A stretch of DNA of 64,000 nucleotides from Clostridia bacterium (GCA_045656865.1 JAZOSB010000021.1:1140-65139); one strand, 5' to 3'; positions 19,290 to 30,315 are shown, counted from the stretch's first letter. Notes: generated by a model from the sequence alone, not told the origin. Made by a program: numbers and translations.

Positions 19290-20137
19290 TTTGCTACCCC
19301 CAATTCAGTTAATATGGCAGAAACAGCATCCTCAACAGTAAATATATTGTCTGGAAGTGACATTCCGTTCTCTTTCAGCAATTTAATAATTTCAGTAATT
19401 TCAGGCAATTCAAGTCCGCATTTTTCAAGAATATCTGTATCGGAAAAAATTTCTGACACATTGCCGTCTTTAATCTTTTCACCGTTTTTTAATAAAATTA
19501 TTCTGTCTGTATGCTGTGCAAGGTCCTCCATACTGTGGGAAATCAGAACTATTGTTGTTTTTCTTTCTTTTCTGATTTTATGAAGCTCGGAAAGAAGCTT
19601 TTCTCTTCCAACAGGGTCAAGACCTGCAGCAGGCTCGTCAAGAATCAAAATTTCAGGTTGGGTTGCAAGAACGCCTGCAATTGCAACACGCCTTTTTTGT
19701 CCGCCCGAAAGCTCAAAAGGAGATTTTTCAAATAATTCTTCTTTTAAATTTGCAAGCTTTGCACTGTTTCTTACCACTGCATCAACCTCAGTGTCCGACA
19801 AGCCTGCATTTTTAGGGCCAAAAGCTATATCCTTGTAAACAGTTTCCTCAAAAAGCTGATGCTCGGGATACTGAAACACGATTCCTACTTTTTTTCTTAA
19901 TTCACGGGCAGCAAGCTTATAATCTTCAATTTCGTTTCCGTCGACAATTATTTTTCCACTTGACGGCAAAATAAGTCCTGACAAGATTTGTGCAACGGTA
20001 GTCTTTCCGCTTCCCGTATGCCCAGCAATGCCGATAAATTCGCCTTTTTCTATTTTTATGTCTATATTCTGAACAGCCGTGGTGTTTTCACTGCTGTTTG
20101 CCGTATAGGAATATGAAACATTCTTTAACTCAATCAT
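19286..20137 (-). CDS. ecfA2: ECF transporter ATPase A2
   Basis: [19 protein letters not shown] and [17 protein letters not shown] motifs. Confidence 0.93.
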   Translation of the reverse strand: MIELKNVSYSYTANSSENTTAVQNIDIKIEKGEFIGIAGHTGSGKTTVAQILSGLILPSSGKIIVDGNEIEDYKLAARELRKKVGIVFQYPEHQLFEETVYKDIAFGPKNAGLSDTEVDAVVRNSAKLANLKEELFEKSPFELSGGQKRRVAIAGVLATQPEILILDEPAAGLDPVGREKLLSELHKIRKERKTTIVLISHSMEDLAQHTDRIILLKNGEKIKDGNVSEIFSDTDILEKCGLELPEITEIIKLLKENGMSLPDNIFTVEDAVSAILTELGVAK

Positions 20138-20976
20138 AGCTTTTTCCTTTGATTCAATATCTCTTTAACACAATCTGCAGGTGTTAATACACCCTCCGAA
20201 ATTTCTACTCCGTTTTTTCTGAGACTATGGGCAAGTGATGTTGCCTGAGGAACATTAAGTCCCAACTCCACAAGCTCTTCCTCGTGTAAAAAAACTTTGT
20301 CCGGAGTATCGTCAAACACTACCCCGCCCTTATCCAGTACTATAACCCGGTCTGCCATAGCTGCCTCATTCATATAGTGAGTAATCAGGACAATGGTTAT
20401 ATTCTTATCCTTATTAAGAGTCAGGATTGTATCCATAACCTCCCGCCTGCCTCTTGGGTCAAGCATTGCAGTAGGCTCGTCAAGGATAATACACTTGGGC
20501 TGCATTGCAAGAATACCTGCAATTGCCACCCTCTGTTTTTGTCCGCCTGAAAGCAGATGAGGTGCTTTTTTGCGGTAGTCATACATATTTACAGCAATAA
20601 GAGCGTCTTTTACACGTCTGTGCATTTCTTCGTATTCTACGCCCAGGTTTTCAAGTCCGAAAGCAACATCTTCCTCCACAATGGTTGCAACAATCTGATT
20701 GTCAGGATTCTGAAAAACCATTCCTGCACATTTACGTAATTCAAAAAGCTTTTCCTCATCCTTAGAATCAATACCGCAAACGGTAACACTACCTCCGCTC
20801 GGCAGAAGAATTGCGTTGAGGTGCTTTGCAAATGTACTTTTTCCGCTGCCGTTACGTCCTATTATTGCCGTAAAGCTACCCTCTTCAATATCAATATTCA
20901 GTCCCTTTAAAACAACCTTTTCCTTTATATCGTTCTTGTATGAAAAAGTCAGGTTGTCTGTTTTAATAATGCTCAT
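20134..20976 (-). CDS. ecfA1: ECF transporter ATPase A1
   Basis: [16 protein letters not shown] and [13 protein letters not shown] motifs. Confidence 0.93.
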   Translation of the reverse strand: MSIIKTDNLTFSYKNDIKEKVVLKGLNIDIEEGSFTAIIGRNGSGKSTFAKHLNAILLPSGGSVTVCGIDSKDEEKLFELRKCAGMVFQNPDNQIVATIVEEDVAFGLENLGVEYEEMHRRVKDALIAVNMYDYRKKAPHLLSGGQKQRVAIAGILAMQPKCIILDEPTAMLDPRGRREVMDTILTLNKDKNITIVLITHYMNEAAMADRVIVLDKGGVVFDDTPDKVFLHEEELVELGLNVPQATSLAHSLRKNGVEISEGVLTPADCVKEILNQRKKL

Positions 20977-20988
20977 AAAATCATTCCG

Positions 20989-21840
20989 TTATTTTTCCCA
21001 CCTGCAGGTTGCTCCGCAAGGAAGCACCATATCAGATGATGTTATTTTTAATCCAATTTCACTTGATTGTGTTTTTCCCTCGGGAAGACACATTTTCATC
21101 AGGTTAATAAGCACCGTGGGTGCTAATCCCGTTGTGTAAGAATTTATTATGAAGAATAAGGGGTCGTCACTTAAAAGAAGTGTACATCTCCTCACAAATT
21201 GGCAGATAGAGTCTTCAATCTTCCAAACCTCTCCGCCTGGGCCTCTTCCGTATGAGGGAGGGTCCATCAGGATTGCATCGTACTTGTTTCCACGCCTGAT
21301 TTCACGCTCAACAAATTTCATACAGTCGTCAACAAGATACCTTATAGGAGCATCCTGCAAACCGCTTAACTTAGCATTTTCCTTTGCCCACTGCACCATT
21401 CCCTTTGATGCATCCACGTGAGTAACCGCCGCCCCTGCTTTGGCACAGGCAACGGTAGCACCGCCCGTATATGCAAAAAGATTAAGTACCTTTGCACCTT
21501 TACGGGCAGAGATTTTGTCCATCATATAATCCCAGTTTACTGCCTGTTCGGGGAAAAGTCCCGTATGCTTGAAGCCCATAGGCTTTATATTAAAGGCTAA
21601 GTTTTTATAACGCACAACCCATTGCTCGGGAATCTGTTTTCTGTACTCCCACTTTCCTCCTCCGCTTGAGGAACGATGATAGTGTGCATCCGCCGTTTTC
21701 CAGAGTTCGGGAGAAGCCTTCGTATCCCATATTACCTGTGGGTCAGGTCTGCAAAGGACAACATCACCCCAACGCTCAAGTTTTTCTCCATTGGCAGTAT
21801 CTATACATTCATAATCTTTCCATTCATCTGCAACCCACAT
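20989..21840 (-). CDS. Class I SAM-dependent methyltransferase (RlmI/RlmK-related)
   Basis: KHTGLFPEQ, VLNLFAYTGG and DPPSYGRG motifs. Confidence 0.85.
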   Translation of the reverse strand: MWVADEWKDYECIDTANGEKLERWGDVVLCRPDPQVIWDTKASPELWKTADAHYHRSSSGGGKWEYRKQIPEQWVVRYKNLAFNIKPMGFKHTGLFPEQAVNWDYMMDKISARKGAKVLNLFAYTGGATVACAKAGAAVTHVDASKGMVQWAKENAKLSGLQDAPIRYLVDDCMKFVEREIRRGNKYDAILMDPPSYGRGPGGEVWKIEDSICQFVRRCTLLLSDDPLFFIINSYTTGLAPTVLINLMKMCLPEGKTQSSEIGLKITSSDMVLPCGATCRWEK

Positions 21841-21842
21841 AA

Positions 21843-22730
21843 TCAACCCTCATAACTGTCAAAATCAAATTTTTCGGAAAATACAAAACCTACAAGTCCC
21901 GGTCCGCCGTGGCACCCAATTACCGCACCGATACGATATTCTATAAACTTAACATCGGTAAATGCCGAACTAAGCTCTTCTTTCAGCTCCTTTGCCTTAT
22001 CGCCGCAGGCACTATTTACAACATACACACTTCTGCCGGAAAGGTCGTATCCGTCATCTTTTGCCTTTTCTACAAGCTTTTTCAAAATACGCTTGCTTCC
22101 GCGAAGCTTACCGTCCTGAACAACCAATCCGTCTTTTATAGCCAATACCGGCTTTATATCCAGCATATTTGCGAGAACAAGTGTTGCTGTATTAATTCTT
22201 CCGCCTTTCTTAAGGTGGAGAAGGTCATCAACGAGGAAGTATGCTTTCATACTCCTTGTAGCCTCGGTAATGTACGAAACTATTTCATCCTTGCCCTTTC
22301 CTTCTGCAAGCATCTTTGCCGCCTTTATTACAGCACCGCCGTAAATACAGGAATATCCGAGGGTATCGATTACGATAATTTCTCCACCACGCTTATCCAT
22401 TACTTCCTGTGCAGACATTACTGCATTCTGATACATACCGCTGCCCTTTGAGGAAATAGGAACAACAATTAATGTGTCATATCCCTGGTCATACGCTTCA
22501 TTGTATGCATCTATAAACTGTATAGGGGTAACCTGTGCAGTTTTGGGTACGGGAGCATCCTTATCGGAAAGCTTTTCATAAAATTCCTCTTTTCCCATAT
22601 CCATTCCTTCTCTGTAATAGGTTTCCCCGTCAAAGGTAAAGGAAATCGGAAGCATAGTGATATTCAGCTTTTCTGCAGTTTCGATTGAAATATCGCTTCC
22701 GCTGTCTGTGATAAGTTTAATCTTTGTCAT
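21843..22730 (-). CDS. DegV family fatty-acid-binding protein
   Basis: ITDSGSD, TAQ, ISSKGSG, HLKKGGRI and HGGPG motifs. Start placed at ATG 22730. Confidence 0.92.
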   Translation of the reverse strand: MTKIKLITDSGSDISIETAEKLNITMLPISFTFDGETYYREGMDMGKEEFYEKLSDKDAPVPKTAQVTPIQFIDAYNEAYDQGYDTLIVVPISSKGSGMYQNAVMSAQEVMDKRGGEIIVIDTLGYSCIYGGAVIKAAKMLAEGKGKDEIVSYITEATRSMKAYFLVDDLLHLKKGGRINTATLVLANMLDIKPVLAIKDGLVVQDGKLRGSKRILKKLVEKAKDDGYDLSGRSVYVVNSACGDKAKELKEELSSAFTDVKFIEYRIGAVIGCHGGPGLVGFVFSEKFDFDSYEG

Positions 22731-24984
22731 AGTCAACATCCTCTCTGAATTGTTGTATTTCAGGTTCTTCATTTTTTTGTCCGTCTATTGTGATACCTTT
22801 TACAGTCATTTCATACTGCGCTTTAAAGAGCTTTGCATAAATGCCGTCTTTTTTCAAGAGTTCATTATGAGTGCCTGTTTCCGCAATACGTCCGTTATCA
22901 AAAACAAACAAGCGGTCGGCATTCTTTAGTGTGGATAGTCTGTGAGCTATTGCAATAACTGTTTTGCCATTTGTTATGTTTTCGAGGGCGCTTTGAATCT
23001 TAGCCTCGGTTTCCGTATCCACCGATGCGGTAGCCTCGTCCAGAATCAGAATTTTCGGATTTGAAAGTATCGCTCTGGCAATTGAGATTCTCTGTCTTTC
23101 TCCACCCGAAAGTCTGTGCCCTTTCTCGCCGACATAAGTATTATATGCATCGGGAAGCGACATTATAAAATCGTGTGCATTGGCTTTTTTTGAAGCCTCT
23201 ATTAAGTCCTCCAATGATGCATCAGGATTGGAGTAGGCTATGTTTTCGAGAATAGTGCCACTGAAGAGGTAGCTTTCCTGAAGCACCACTCCGAGAATTT
23301 CTTTGAAAGATGCTTCATCGTAACGGGATAAATCCTCTCCATCAAGCAGGATTTTTCCGTTATTGGGGTTATAGAGCTTCATAACAAGGTTAATGAAAGT
23401 ACTCTTTCCTGCTCCGCTATGTCCAACAAGCCCTATCATTTCACCTTTATTGATATGCACACTGATGTTTCTCAGTACTTTTCTGTAGCTTTTGTAACCG
23501 AAGGACACTTTTTGAAAATCAATATCTCCCTCAACCGAGGATGTACTGATTTTATTTTCCGTATCCTCCTCAATTACCTCATCAAGCACCTCAAAAACAC
23601 GTTGAGTGCTTACCATAGCCATTGTAAAATGCCTCGGAAGCATACCGAACCACTCGAGTTTGCTGTAAAGGTAGCTTCCGTATGAGGAAAACTGAACAAG
23701 CTCACCAAGGCTCATATTATTTCCTAGCACCTGACTTCCTCCGTAGAGAAGAACAAAATAACTACCAAAGCTCATCAAAAACCTTATAAGCGGAAATACA
23801 GTATAAACATATTTTTCGTTTCGGCAGGTTACATTCCGTACAGTATCTGCAGTTTTCTTGAAACGCTCTATTTCATCATTTTCTTTTCCGAAAACCTTTA
23901 CAAGCTTGATTCCGTTAAGAACCTCCGTCAATCGGTTTGTAAGTGTGTCCATCTTTTTCCACTGCTTCATATACCGACTTCGTATGCTGTATCTTATTTT
24001 GTTTATCAGGAAAATAACAATCGGCATAGGAACAAAAATCAAAAGTGCCATTTTCACATTGAGAGAAAAGGTTATTATCCCTATTGCAAGAAACAATATG
24101 ATTTCGTTAACTGACGCTATCAGAATGTCCTGAATGAAAACCTGAATACGGTGAGTGTCGTTATTGATTCTCTGCACCAAATCCCCCGTCTTCTTTTTTT
24201 CGATGTATCCGAGGGGCATCTTCTGCAGTTTTTCATAAATAAAGTTTCTGAGGTCAAAAACAAGCAGATTGCTGGATTTTACTGATACAATATCTTTTAT
24301 TATTTGTACTGCAAATGTAACTGCCGTACATAAAAGCATCAATCCGACTATCAAGAGCAGTGTTTCAGTATTTATGTTCTCAGGAGAAGTTAAAACATCA
24401 TTTATGAGATATTTTGAAAGAACTGGGGAAATTACCGTAACGGCACTTGAAACCCAGAAGAGGATGAACAAAGCAAGATACATCCACTTATAAGGAAGTG
24501 CCAGTTTCCAGAGTCTTTTCAGCATTTTAAATTTATCGGTACACTCAGGGCATACTGATGTATTGGGTATAAAAGGTTTTCCGCAATGGGGACAAACCTT
24601 TTCCTTTTCAAAGGCAGTTTCGTTTACAGAAACAAAATCCCCCGATATTATATCGTTTATAACATCGGCTATCGCGTTAAACTCCTCAATATACTCCATT
24701 GAAAACCTTGCAAGAAACTTTCTTCCCGACAAGGTATCCGCTTCAAGTATTCCGCTTCCGTTGTATTCTACACAAAATACTTTATCAATAGATTTTATGT
24801 TTTCAACAAGAGAAATACTGCCGTTTTCAATGACGCAAATTTTATCTTCGCTTACTGCAAAGAAGCCGTCTGTATATACGCCCTTGTCTGACAAATCAAA
24901 CTCTGTGGAAATAAGGATTTCTTCACCGTCAAACACACGGCAAATAAGTTCACTGTATTTTTTTATTAATGCCGTATTTTGCAT
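22717..24984 (-). CDS. ABC exporter (TMD-NBD fusion) with N-terminal accessory domain and CxxC-x10-CxxC ribbon
   Basis: GHSGAGKST, LSGGERQR, ILDEAT and AHRLST motifs; N-terminal CPHCGKPFIPNTSVCPEC. Confidence 0.9.
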   Translation of the reverse strand: MQNTALIKKYSELICRVFDGEEILISTEFDLSDKGVYTDGFFAVSEDKICVIENGSISLVENIKSIDKVFCVEYNGSGILEADTLSGRKFLARFSMEYIEEFNAIADVINDIISGDFVSVNETAFEKEKVCPHCGKPFIPNTSVCPECTDKFKMLKRLWKLALPYKWMYLALFILFWVSSAVTVISPVLSKYLINDVLTSPENINTETLLLIVGLMLLCTAVTFAVQIIKDIVSVKSSNLLVFDLRNFIYEKLQKMPLGYIEKKKTGDLVQRINNDTHRIQVFIQDILIASVNEIILFLAIGIITFSLNVKMALLIFVPMPIVIFLINKIRYSIRSRYMKQWKKMDTLTNRLTEVLNGIKLVKVFGKENDEIERFKKTADTVRNVTCRNEKYVYTVFPLIRFLMSFGSYFVLLYGGSQVLGNNMSLGELVQFSSYGSYLYSKLEWFGMLPRHFTMAMVSTQRVFEVLDEVIEEDTENKISTSSVEGDIDFQKVSFGYKSYRKVLRNISVHINKGEMIGLVGHSGAGKSTFINLVMKLYNPNNGKILLDGEDLSRYDEASFKEILGVVLQESYLFSGTILENIAYSNPDASLEDLIEASKKANAHDFIMSLPDAYNTYVGEKGHRLSGGERQRISIARAILSNPKILILDEATASVDTETEAKIQSALENITNGKTVIAIAHRLSTLKNADRLFVFDNGRIAETGTHNELLKKDGIYAKLFKAQYEMTVKGITIDGQKNEEPEIQQFREDVDYDKD

Positions 24985-25006
24985 TGTGAAGCTCTCCTTT
25001 CTTTTT

Positions 25007-25507
25007 TTAAATCCAGATTTCCAGTACCTTTAATTCCTTGTCCTTTAAAAGAGTAATGTCGGGTATACAAAATCTGTTTCCGTACACATCTGTAAGCATT
25101 ACTCTATTTTTACCGACAGTTCTTATATTACTGCTCATATCGGTTACTGTAAAATTACGCTTTCCTGCATTTGTGATAACCTCAAAAGAAATATTTCCAA
25201 ATTCCTCTTTAATATTTTCTATCTCAGTTATATCGGGCATAAAGTAACGCTTTTTGAGTTCAATATTAAGAAGCTCTCTTTGTTTTTGAGGGAGGTCTGC
25301 AAGGTTTCGTATAATCCCAAGCTCGTTTTCAGAGTCCTCCCTTAAATGGTTTTCGGGCCTTATGGAAATATATTCTTCATCAAACTGAAATGGAAACATT
25401 CTGCTGACACCAACACGTCCCAAATCAGTTTCCTTATATAGAAGGCACAATAATCCGCCTTCGGAAATATAAAATTCCAAATCCTGAGGATTGATATAAT
25501 TAAGCAT
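25007..25507 (-). CDS. DUF1854 domain protein
   Basis: RMFP...YISI, ELG.I..L, EL.KRYF.P.I and D..GNRF.I patterns recalled for DUF1854. Start placed at ATG 25507, 1 nt after the upstream stop codon. Confidence 0.75.
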   Translation of the reverse strand: MLNYINPQDLEFYISEGGLLCLLYKETDLGRVGVSRMFPFQFDEEYISIRPENHLREDSENELGIIRNLADLPQKQRELLNIELKKRYFMPDITEIENIKEEFGNISFEVITNAGKRNFTVTDMSSNIRTVGKNRVMLTDVYGNRFCIPDITLLKDKELKVLEIWI

Positions 25508-25508
25508 A

Positions 25509-27686
25509 TTAATTCTCATCTTCCTTTCCAAATGACAACGCATCAAGCTGCATATGAGCCATTTTAGAATAGATGCCGTTTTCCTTTTCAAACAGTTCCT
25601 CATGGGTGCCTGTTTCAACAATTTTTCCGTTTTCAACCACGATTAACCTATCCGCATTTTTAAGTGTTGAAAATCTATGAGCAATGGCTATTGTAGTACG
25701 GTTTTTAACCAGAAGCTCCATTGCCTCCTGAATCTTCTGCTCTGTATTTGTGTCAAGTGATGATGTAGCTTCATCAAAAATCAGGATTGCAGGATTCATA
25801 AGAATTGCACGGGCAATGCTTATCCTTTGCTTCTCGCCGCCCGACAAATCTGTACCGTCTTTCCCGATAAGGGTTTCATAACCGTCAGGCAGATTCAATA
25901 TAAACTCGTGTGCGTGAGCTTTTTTTGCAGCATCAATGATGTCATCCATAGATGCTTCGGGTTTTCCGTATGAAATGTTCTCTGCCACCGTTCCCGAAAA
26001 CAGAAATGTATTCTGGAGTACTATTCCTATATTTTTATGCAGGCTTTCAAAGCTGATGTCCTTAATATTAACTCCGTCAATGAGAACTTCACCGTCATTT
26101 ACATCATAAAGACGTGTTATAATATTTGTAATTGTACTCTTTCCTGCACCGCTGTGTCCGACAAGTCCTATCATTTCACCCTGATTGACCTTAAAAGACA
26201 CATTCTTAAGCACCTGCTTGTTAGGCTCGTAGGAAAAGCTGACATTTCTAAGCTCCACCTCACCTTTAAACCGTTCTATGTTAACGGGATTTTCTGCTTC
26301 GACAATATCAGGTTTTCTGTCTATAACCTCAAAGATACGCTGGGCACTGTTCATACAGCTTGTCCACCAATCAAAGGTCTTTACCATAAAATTAACCGGT
26401 GCATACAAAAGAGAAAGGTAGCCTACAAAGCTCATAAGCTCGCCAAAGGTCAGACTGCCGTTTAAAATCTGTGCACCGCCCAACGCCCATACAGTGAGTC
26501 CGCCAAGAGACATAATCCAGCTGAGAAGCGGAAATACCTTTGCCGAGGCAACGCCCTCTCTTATTCTGTTGTCGCACAGAGCTTTGCTGACTGTGTTGAA
26601 ACGACGGATTTCTCTGTCCTCTTTGCCAAATGCCTTTACAACCCTTACTCCCTGAAGATTATCATTTATGAGGGAATTTACAGATGAGGATTTTCTCCAT
26701 GTATGCCATTTAAGTTTTTTAAACTTTCGCGTTGATTTTTTTATAATAAGAGCAATCAACGGAACAGGGACCAATACGGCAACAGACAGAACAGGGTTAA
26801 CGATAAAAAGGAAAAGTCCTACCGCCATAATGGTTGCACCGTTAATCACAAAATGCGGAAGTCCGTCATTTAAGAAATACTGAATATCCAATGCATCGCT
26901 GTTGATTCTGTTCATAAGATTTCCCGTACGTTTGGAGGAAAAGAATTTCATTCCCAGCTTTTGCATAGATGAGAACACTTCTGTTTTGATGTCGTAAATA
27001 ATATTACCTGAAAGCTCCGCCCCGACTCTTCCGAGGAAAACTGCAAGTAAAACACTTATTAAAGTAATCCCTGCCAGAATGCTGACAAGAGGAAGTATCT
27101 GTCCGTAAAGTTTTCCACCCTCTGTAAGCACCTCATCATAAAGAACTGTTCCCGTAAGGTAAGGTGGAAGAAGATTTATAAGAGTTGTGAATATGATTAT
27201 AGAAACCATCATAACGAGATGTTTTTTATATCGGGGTACGTAGGACAATACTCTGAAAAACAGTTTCTTACGTCCCCTATTTATAAACTGAAAATCGGGA
27301 TTGTTTTCAAATTTTTCGTTTATTTCGGTTTCGCCTTTAATCAATTTTAAAACAATGGCAGAAAATCTTTCTATTTCAGCGGAAACACTCAATGTAAAAT
27401 GAGCTATTGAAATATCCCCTGTCTGAGTAGAGATAAAAAGCTCGCCAGATGAAACATAATTTTCAGAAAAAACATCAATAATTTCCGAGTACGGCTTTTT
27501 CAGGAAGCTTCCGTCATCACTAATTACACAAAGGGAGTCATTCAATGCATAAACAACTGTTTTGCCGTATGAACCGGGTTTTGCCAAATCCGTTATTACA
27601 TATGCTTTTACATCGTCAGCGGCAATACCGTGCTGTATTAATTTTTGGGATACAAGTTCAAAGTTTATATCATTTTTCTTACCCAA
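25509..27686 (-). CDS. ABC exporter (TMD-NBD fusion) with N-terminal accessory domain
   Basis: GHSGAGKST, LSGGEKQR and IFDEAT motifs. TTG start after AAAGGAGG. Confidence 0.9.
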   Translation of the reverse strand: MGKKNDINFELVSQKLIQHGIAADDVKAYVITDLAKPGSYGKTVVYALNDSLCVISDDGSFLKKPYSEIIDVFSENYVSSGELFISTQTGDISIAHFTLSVSAEIERFSAIVLKLIKGETEINEKFENNPDFQFINRGRKKLFFRVLSYVPRYKKHLVMMVSIIIFTTLINLLPPYLTGTVLYDEVLTEGGKLYGQILPLVSILAGITLISVLLAVFLGRVGAELSGNIIYDIKTEVFSSMQKLGMKFFSSKRTGNLMNRINSDALDIQYFLNDGLPHFVINGATIMAVGLFLFIVNPVLSVAVLVPVPLIALIIKKSTRKFKKLKWHTWRKSSSVNSLINDNLQGVRVVKAFGKEDREIRRFNTVSKALCDNRIREGVASAKVFPLLSWIMSLGGLTVWALGGAQILNGSLTFGELMSFVGYLSLLYAPVNFMVKTFDWWTSCMNSAQRIFEVIDRKPDIVEAENPVNIERFKGEVELRNVSFSYEPNKQVLKNVSFKVNQGEMIGLVGHSGAGKSTITNIITRLYDVNDGEVLIDGVNIKDISFESLHKNIGIVLQNTFLFSGTVAENISYGKPEASMDDIIDAAKKAHAHEFILNLPDGYETLIGKDGTDLSGGEKQRISIARAILMNPAILIFDEATSSLDTNTEQKIQEAMELLVKNRTTIAIAHRFSTLKNADRLIVVENGKIVETGTHEELFEKENGIYSKMAHMQLDALSFGKEDEN

Positions 27687-27722
27687 AACTGCCGCCTCCT
27701 TTCAAAAATGCATACCCGTATA

Positions 27723-27751
27723 ATTATATACTTTTTTTACAATAAATGCAA
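27723..27751 (-). promoter_or_regulatory. Sigma-A promoter of the ABC-DUF1854 operon
   Basis: TTGCAT-17 bp-TATAAT. Confidence 0.65.
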
Positions 27752-27773
27752 TATATTTATATAATATATTAAA

Positions 27774-27808
27774 TAAAAATACTGCGAGTTGCCCTCGCAG
27801 TATTTTTA
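27774..27808 (-). terminator. Terminator after queA
   Basis: AAAAATACTGCGAG-TTGCC-CTCGCAGTATTTTT. Confidence 0.85.
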
Positions 27809-28831
27809 TCACTGTATAAACATTGCATCACCGAAGCTAAAAAATCTGTAATCAGATGCTACGGCGTGATTATACGCATTCATAATATTATCTTTTCCTG
27901 CCAATGCACTGACAAGCATAACCAATGTTGATTTGGGTAAATGGAAGTTTGTTATAAGTGCATCTGTGATTTTAAACTCATACCCCGGATAAATAAAAAT
28001 ATCTGTTTCCCCGCTTTTCGCAAATATTTTTCCGTTCTCCGACGCACTTTCAACAGTTCTGCAGCTTGTAGTTCCTACGCATATTACCCTGCCGCCGTTT
28101 TTCTTGGTTCCATTTATGATATTGGCAGCTTCCTCTGTCACTATATAGTGTTCTGAATGCATCTTGTGTTTTGTAACATCACTTACCTTTACAGGTCTAA
28201 ATGTTCCAAGTCCGACATGGAGTGTTAAGTGTGCAAGCTTTACACCCATTTTTTCTATTTCAGCCAGTAGTTCATTTGTAAAGTGAAGTCCTGCCGTAGG
28301 TGCAGCCGCGCTTCCGTCATATCTGGAATAAACGGTCTGGTAACGCTCTTTATCACGAAGTTTTTCTTTAATGTAATGCGGAAGCGGCATCTCACCAAGC
28401 TCCTCCAAAACATTTTCAAAAACACCATCATAAATAAATTTTACACGTCTGTTTCCGCCTTCAAGGATTTCAAGAATTTCAGCCTGAAGCTTTCCTCCAC
28501 CAAATTCGAATACAGCACCCGGCTTTGCCTTTCTTCCCGGTTTTAGTGCAACCTCCCACTCGTCGGTGGAGAATCTATGCAAAAGTAGAAATTCAATAGC
28601 TCCCCCGCTCTCTTTTTTTGCACCGTACAGTCTTGCAGGTATAACACGTGTATTGTTTAAAACAAGACAATCGCCTTTTCTCAAAAATGATGTTATATTT
28701 TTAAAAATTTCGTCACGGTATTCACCCGTATTTTTATCAAGAACTAAAAGCTTGGAAGCAGTCCTGTCCTCAAGTGGAGTTTGTGCTATTTTTTCTTCAG
28801 GTAAATAGTAGTCAAATTCTTCTGTGTTCAT
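27809..28831 (-). CDS. queA: SAM:tRNA ribosyltransferase-isomerase
   Basis: [41 protein letters not shown] and [10 protein letters not shown] motifs. Confidence 0.97.
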   Translation of the reverse strand: MNTEEFDYYLPEEKIAQTPLEDRTASKLLVLDKNTGEYRDEIFKNITSFLRKGDCLVLNNTRVIPARLYGAKKESGGAIEFLLLHRFSTDEWEVALKPGRKAKPGAVFEFGGGKLQAEILEILEGGNRRVKFIYDGVFENVLEELGEMPLPHYIKEKLRDKERYQTVYSRYDGSAAAPTAGLHFTNELLAEIEKMGVKLAHLTLHVGLGTFRPVKVSDVTKHKMHSEHYIVTEEAANIINGTKKNGGRVICVGTTSCRTVESASENGKIFAKSGETDIFIYPGYEFKITDALITNFHLPKSTLVMLVSALAGKDNIMNAYNHAVASDYRFFSFGDAMFIQ

Positions 28832-28834
28832 CTG

Positions 28835-30127
28835 TTACTCCAATTCTATATCAGTAAAATAATGATGCAATATCTGGTCGTATGTAAAGCCGTTTTCTGC
28901 CATTCCGCGTGCTCCCCACTGACTCATACCTACTCCGTGACCGTATCCGCCACCCGTTATAATATAGTTTTCTGAGCCGTATGTATCAGTATTTATCTGG
29001 CACAATTCTCCGTTTTTTCCGATTGCAGTATAGCTTGATACTGCAGATGTACCGTTTGCCGAAAGAGCATAAAGGCTATTTCCCGCTTGTCCTGAGGTTG
29101 TGACTATGCTTACATCTCCCTCACCGCGTATGGAAAATTTTTGGCTGTACAGGGAAAGAATTGTTCTGCATTTTTCACGTTTCACACTATATGTACCCTC
29201 ACTTCCGTGAAAGGTCATTTCCAAAACACGTCCTGTATCTGAAACGCTGTCAATTGTTATTTTGTTAAGAGAGCCGATAGAAGCACCTGCATTTATAAGC
29301 TTTTCCTCTATCTGCGATTTTGAAAGCGTAACGGTCCAATTGTATCTTGATGCTTTTTCGGGATTTTCATAAGTATCCTCAACCGAACGGAGGTATCCGT
29401 ATTTTGAGCCCCATACATTTTCTACATCTTCCGTTGCACCTCCGCTTGTTGCAAAAAAGAACAATCCGACAAGCTTTCCGTTATATGTGGCAACAATTCC
29501 GCTTGTTTCCGCTACCGCTTGCCTTGTATTAGGATGCTCACTCTTTACACCGCCGTAAACCTGACAATGGGTGGTCGTACACACATCAAATCCATATGTT
29601 TTATGCGCACTTTCTCTTGTTAAAACAAAGTTTCTGGCACATACTGCCTGAGCTTTAAGAGCTTCCATAGGCCAGGTATAACTCATTTCTTTTCCAAGGA
29701 CACTTGACACATATTCGTCGATGCCGACATAATTTATTACAAGAAGCTCTCCGTTTGACATACGCTCTGCAAGAATGTATCCACGGTATTCAACGCCGTC
29801 GCATATTACTGTACCTCCGTTTGCAGGGCAAAAGGAGATTTTACTTATTCCGCTTGCATCTAATTTATTCCACGAGGCAAAGCCGGTGGCACCCATTTCG
29901 ACATTTATTGCTTCCGAAGGTTGTGAAGTGTAAAGTACCGTTCCTGTCAAATAGTCAATAACATTTATACCTTCTGTTGAAGAAATGGTTAACGAAGTGC
30001 CTGCATTTGTGCCGAATTTTATGCCTACACTTACCTCATCTTTATATTCTGCACCCTCAGCACAAAAGCATACCGAAAGCACAAGAGTAAATAACAAAAC
30101 TAACATTATGTACTTAATTTTTTTCAC
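28835..30127 (-). CDS. SpoIID/LytB domain secreted protein
   Basis: Signal peptide, then EEY-like DEYVSSV, EALKAQAVCAR, CQVYGG, FFATSGG and GYGHGVGMSQWGA. Confidence 0.9.
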   Translation of the reverse strand: MKKIKYIMLVLLFTLVLSVCFCAEGAEYKDEVSVGIKFGTNAGTSLTISSTEGINVIDYLTGTVLYTSQPSEAINVEMGATGFASWNKLDASGISKISFCPANGGTVICDGVEYRGYILAERMSNGELLVINYVGIDEYVSSVLGKEMSYTWPMEALKAQAVCARNFVLTRESAHKTYGFDVCTTTHCQVYGGVKSEHPNTRQAVAETSGIVATYNGKLVGLFFFATSGGATEDVENVWGSKYGYLRSVEDTYENPEKASRYNWTVTLSKSQIEEKLINAGASIGSLNKITIDSVSDTGRVLEMTFHGSEGTYSVKREKCRTILSLYSQKFSIRGEGDVSIVTTSGQAGNSLYALSANGTSAVSSYTAIGKNGELCQINTDTYGSENYIITGGGYGHGVGMSQWGARGMAENGFTYDQILHHYFTDIELE

Positions 30128-30237
30128 CTGAATACCTCCTTTTTATGAAAAAACAGAAGTTCACTATGTATAATAATACTATTTTCGACGCAAATCAAGA
30201 AAAACCTTTATTTTTTAATGCTTTTGTTCTAAAAAAA

Positions 30238-30266
30238 TTGACATACAGCAAAAATAATGTTAAAAT
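30238..30266 (+). promoter_or_regulatory. Sigma-A promoter of asd-dapA-dapB
   Basis: TTGACA-17 bp-TAAAAT with an extended -10 TG. Confidence 0.8.
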
Positions 30267-30315
30267 AAATGGTGGTGTTTTAGTACGTGTATAACATTGA
30301 AAGGAATGATTTTAT

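Noticed and set aside
30267-30315. Possible lysine riboswitch before asd
   Set aside because: The leader is only about 45 nt, far too short.
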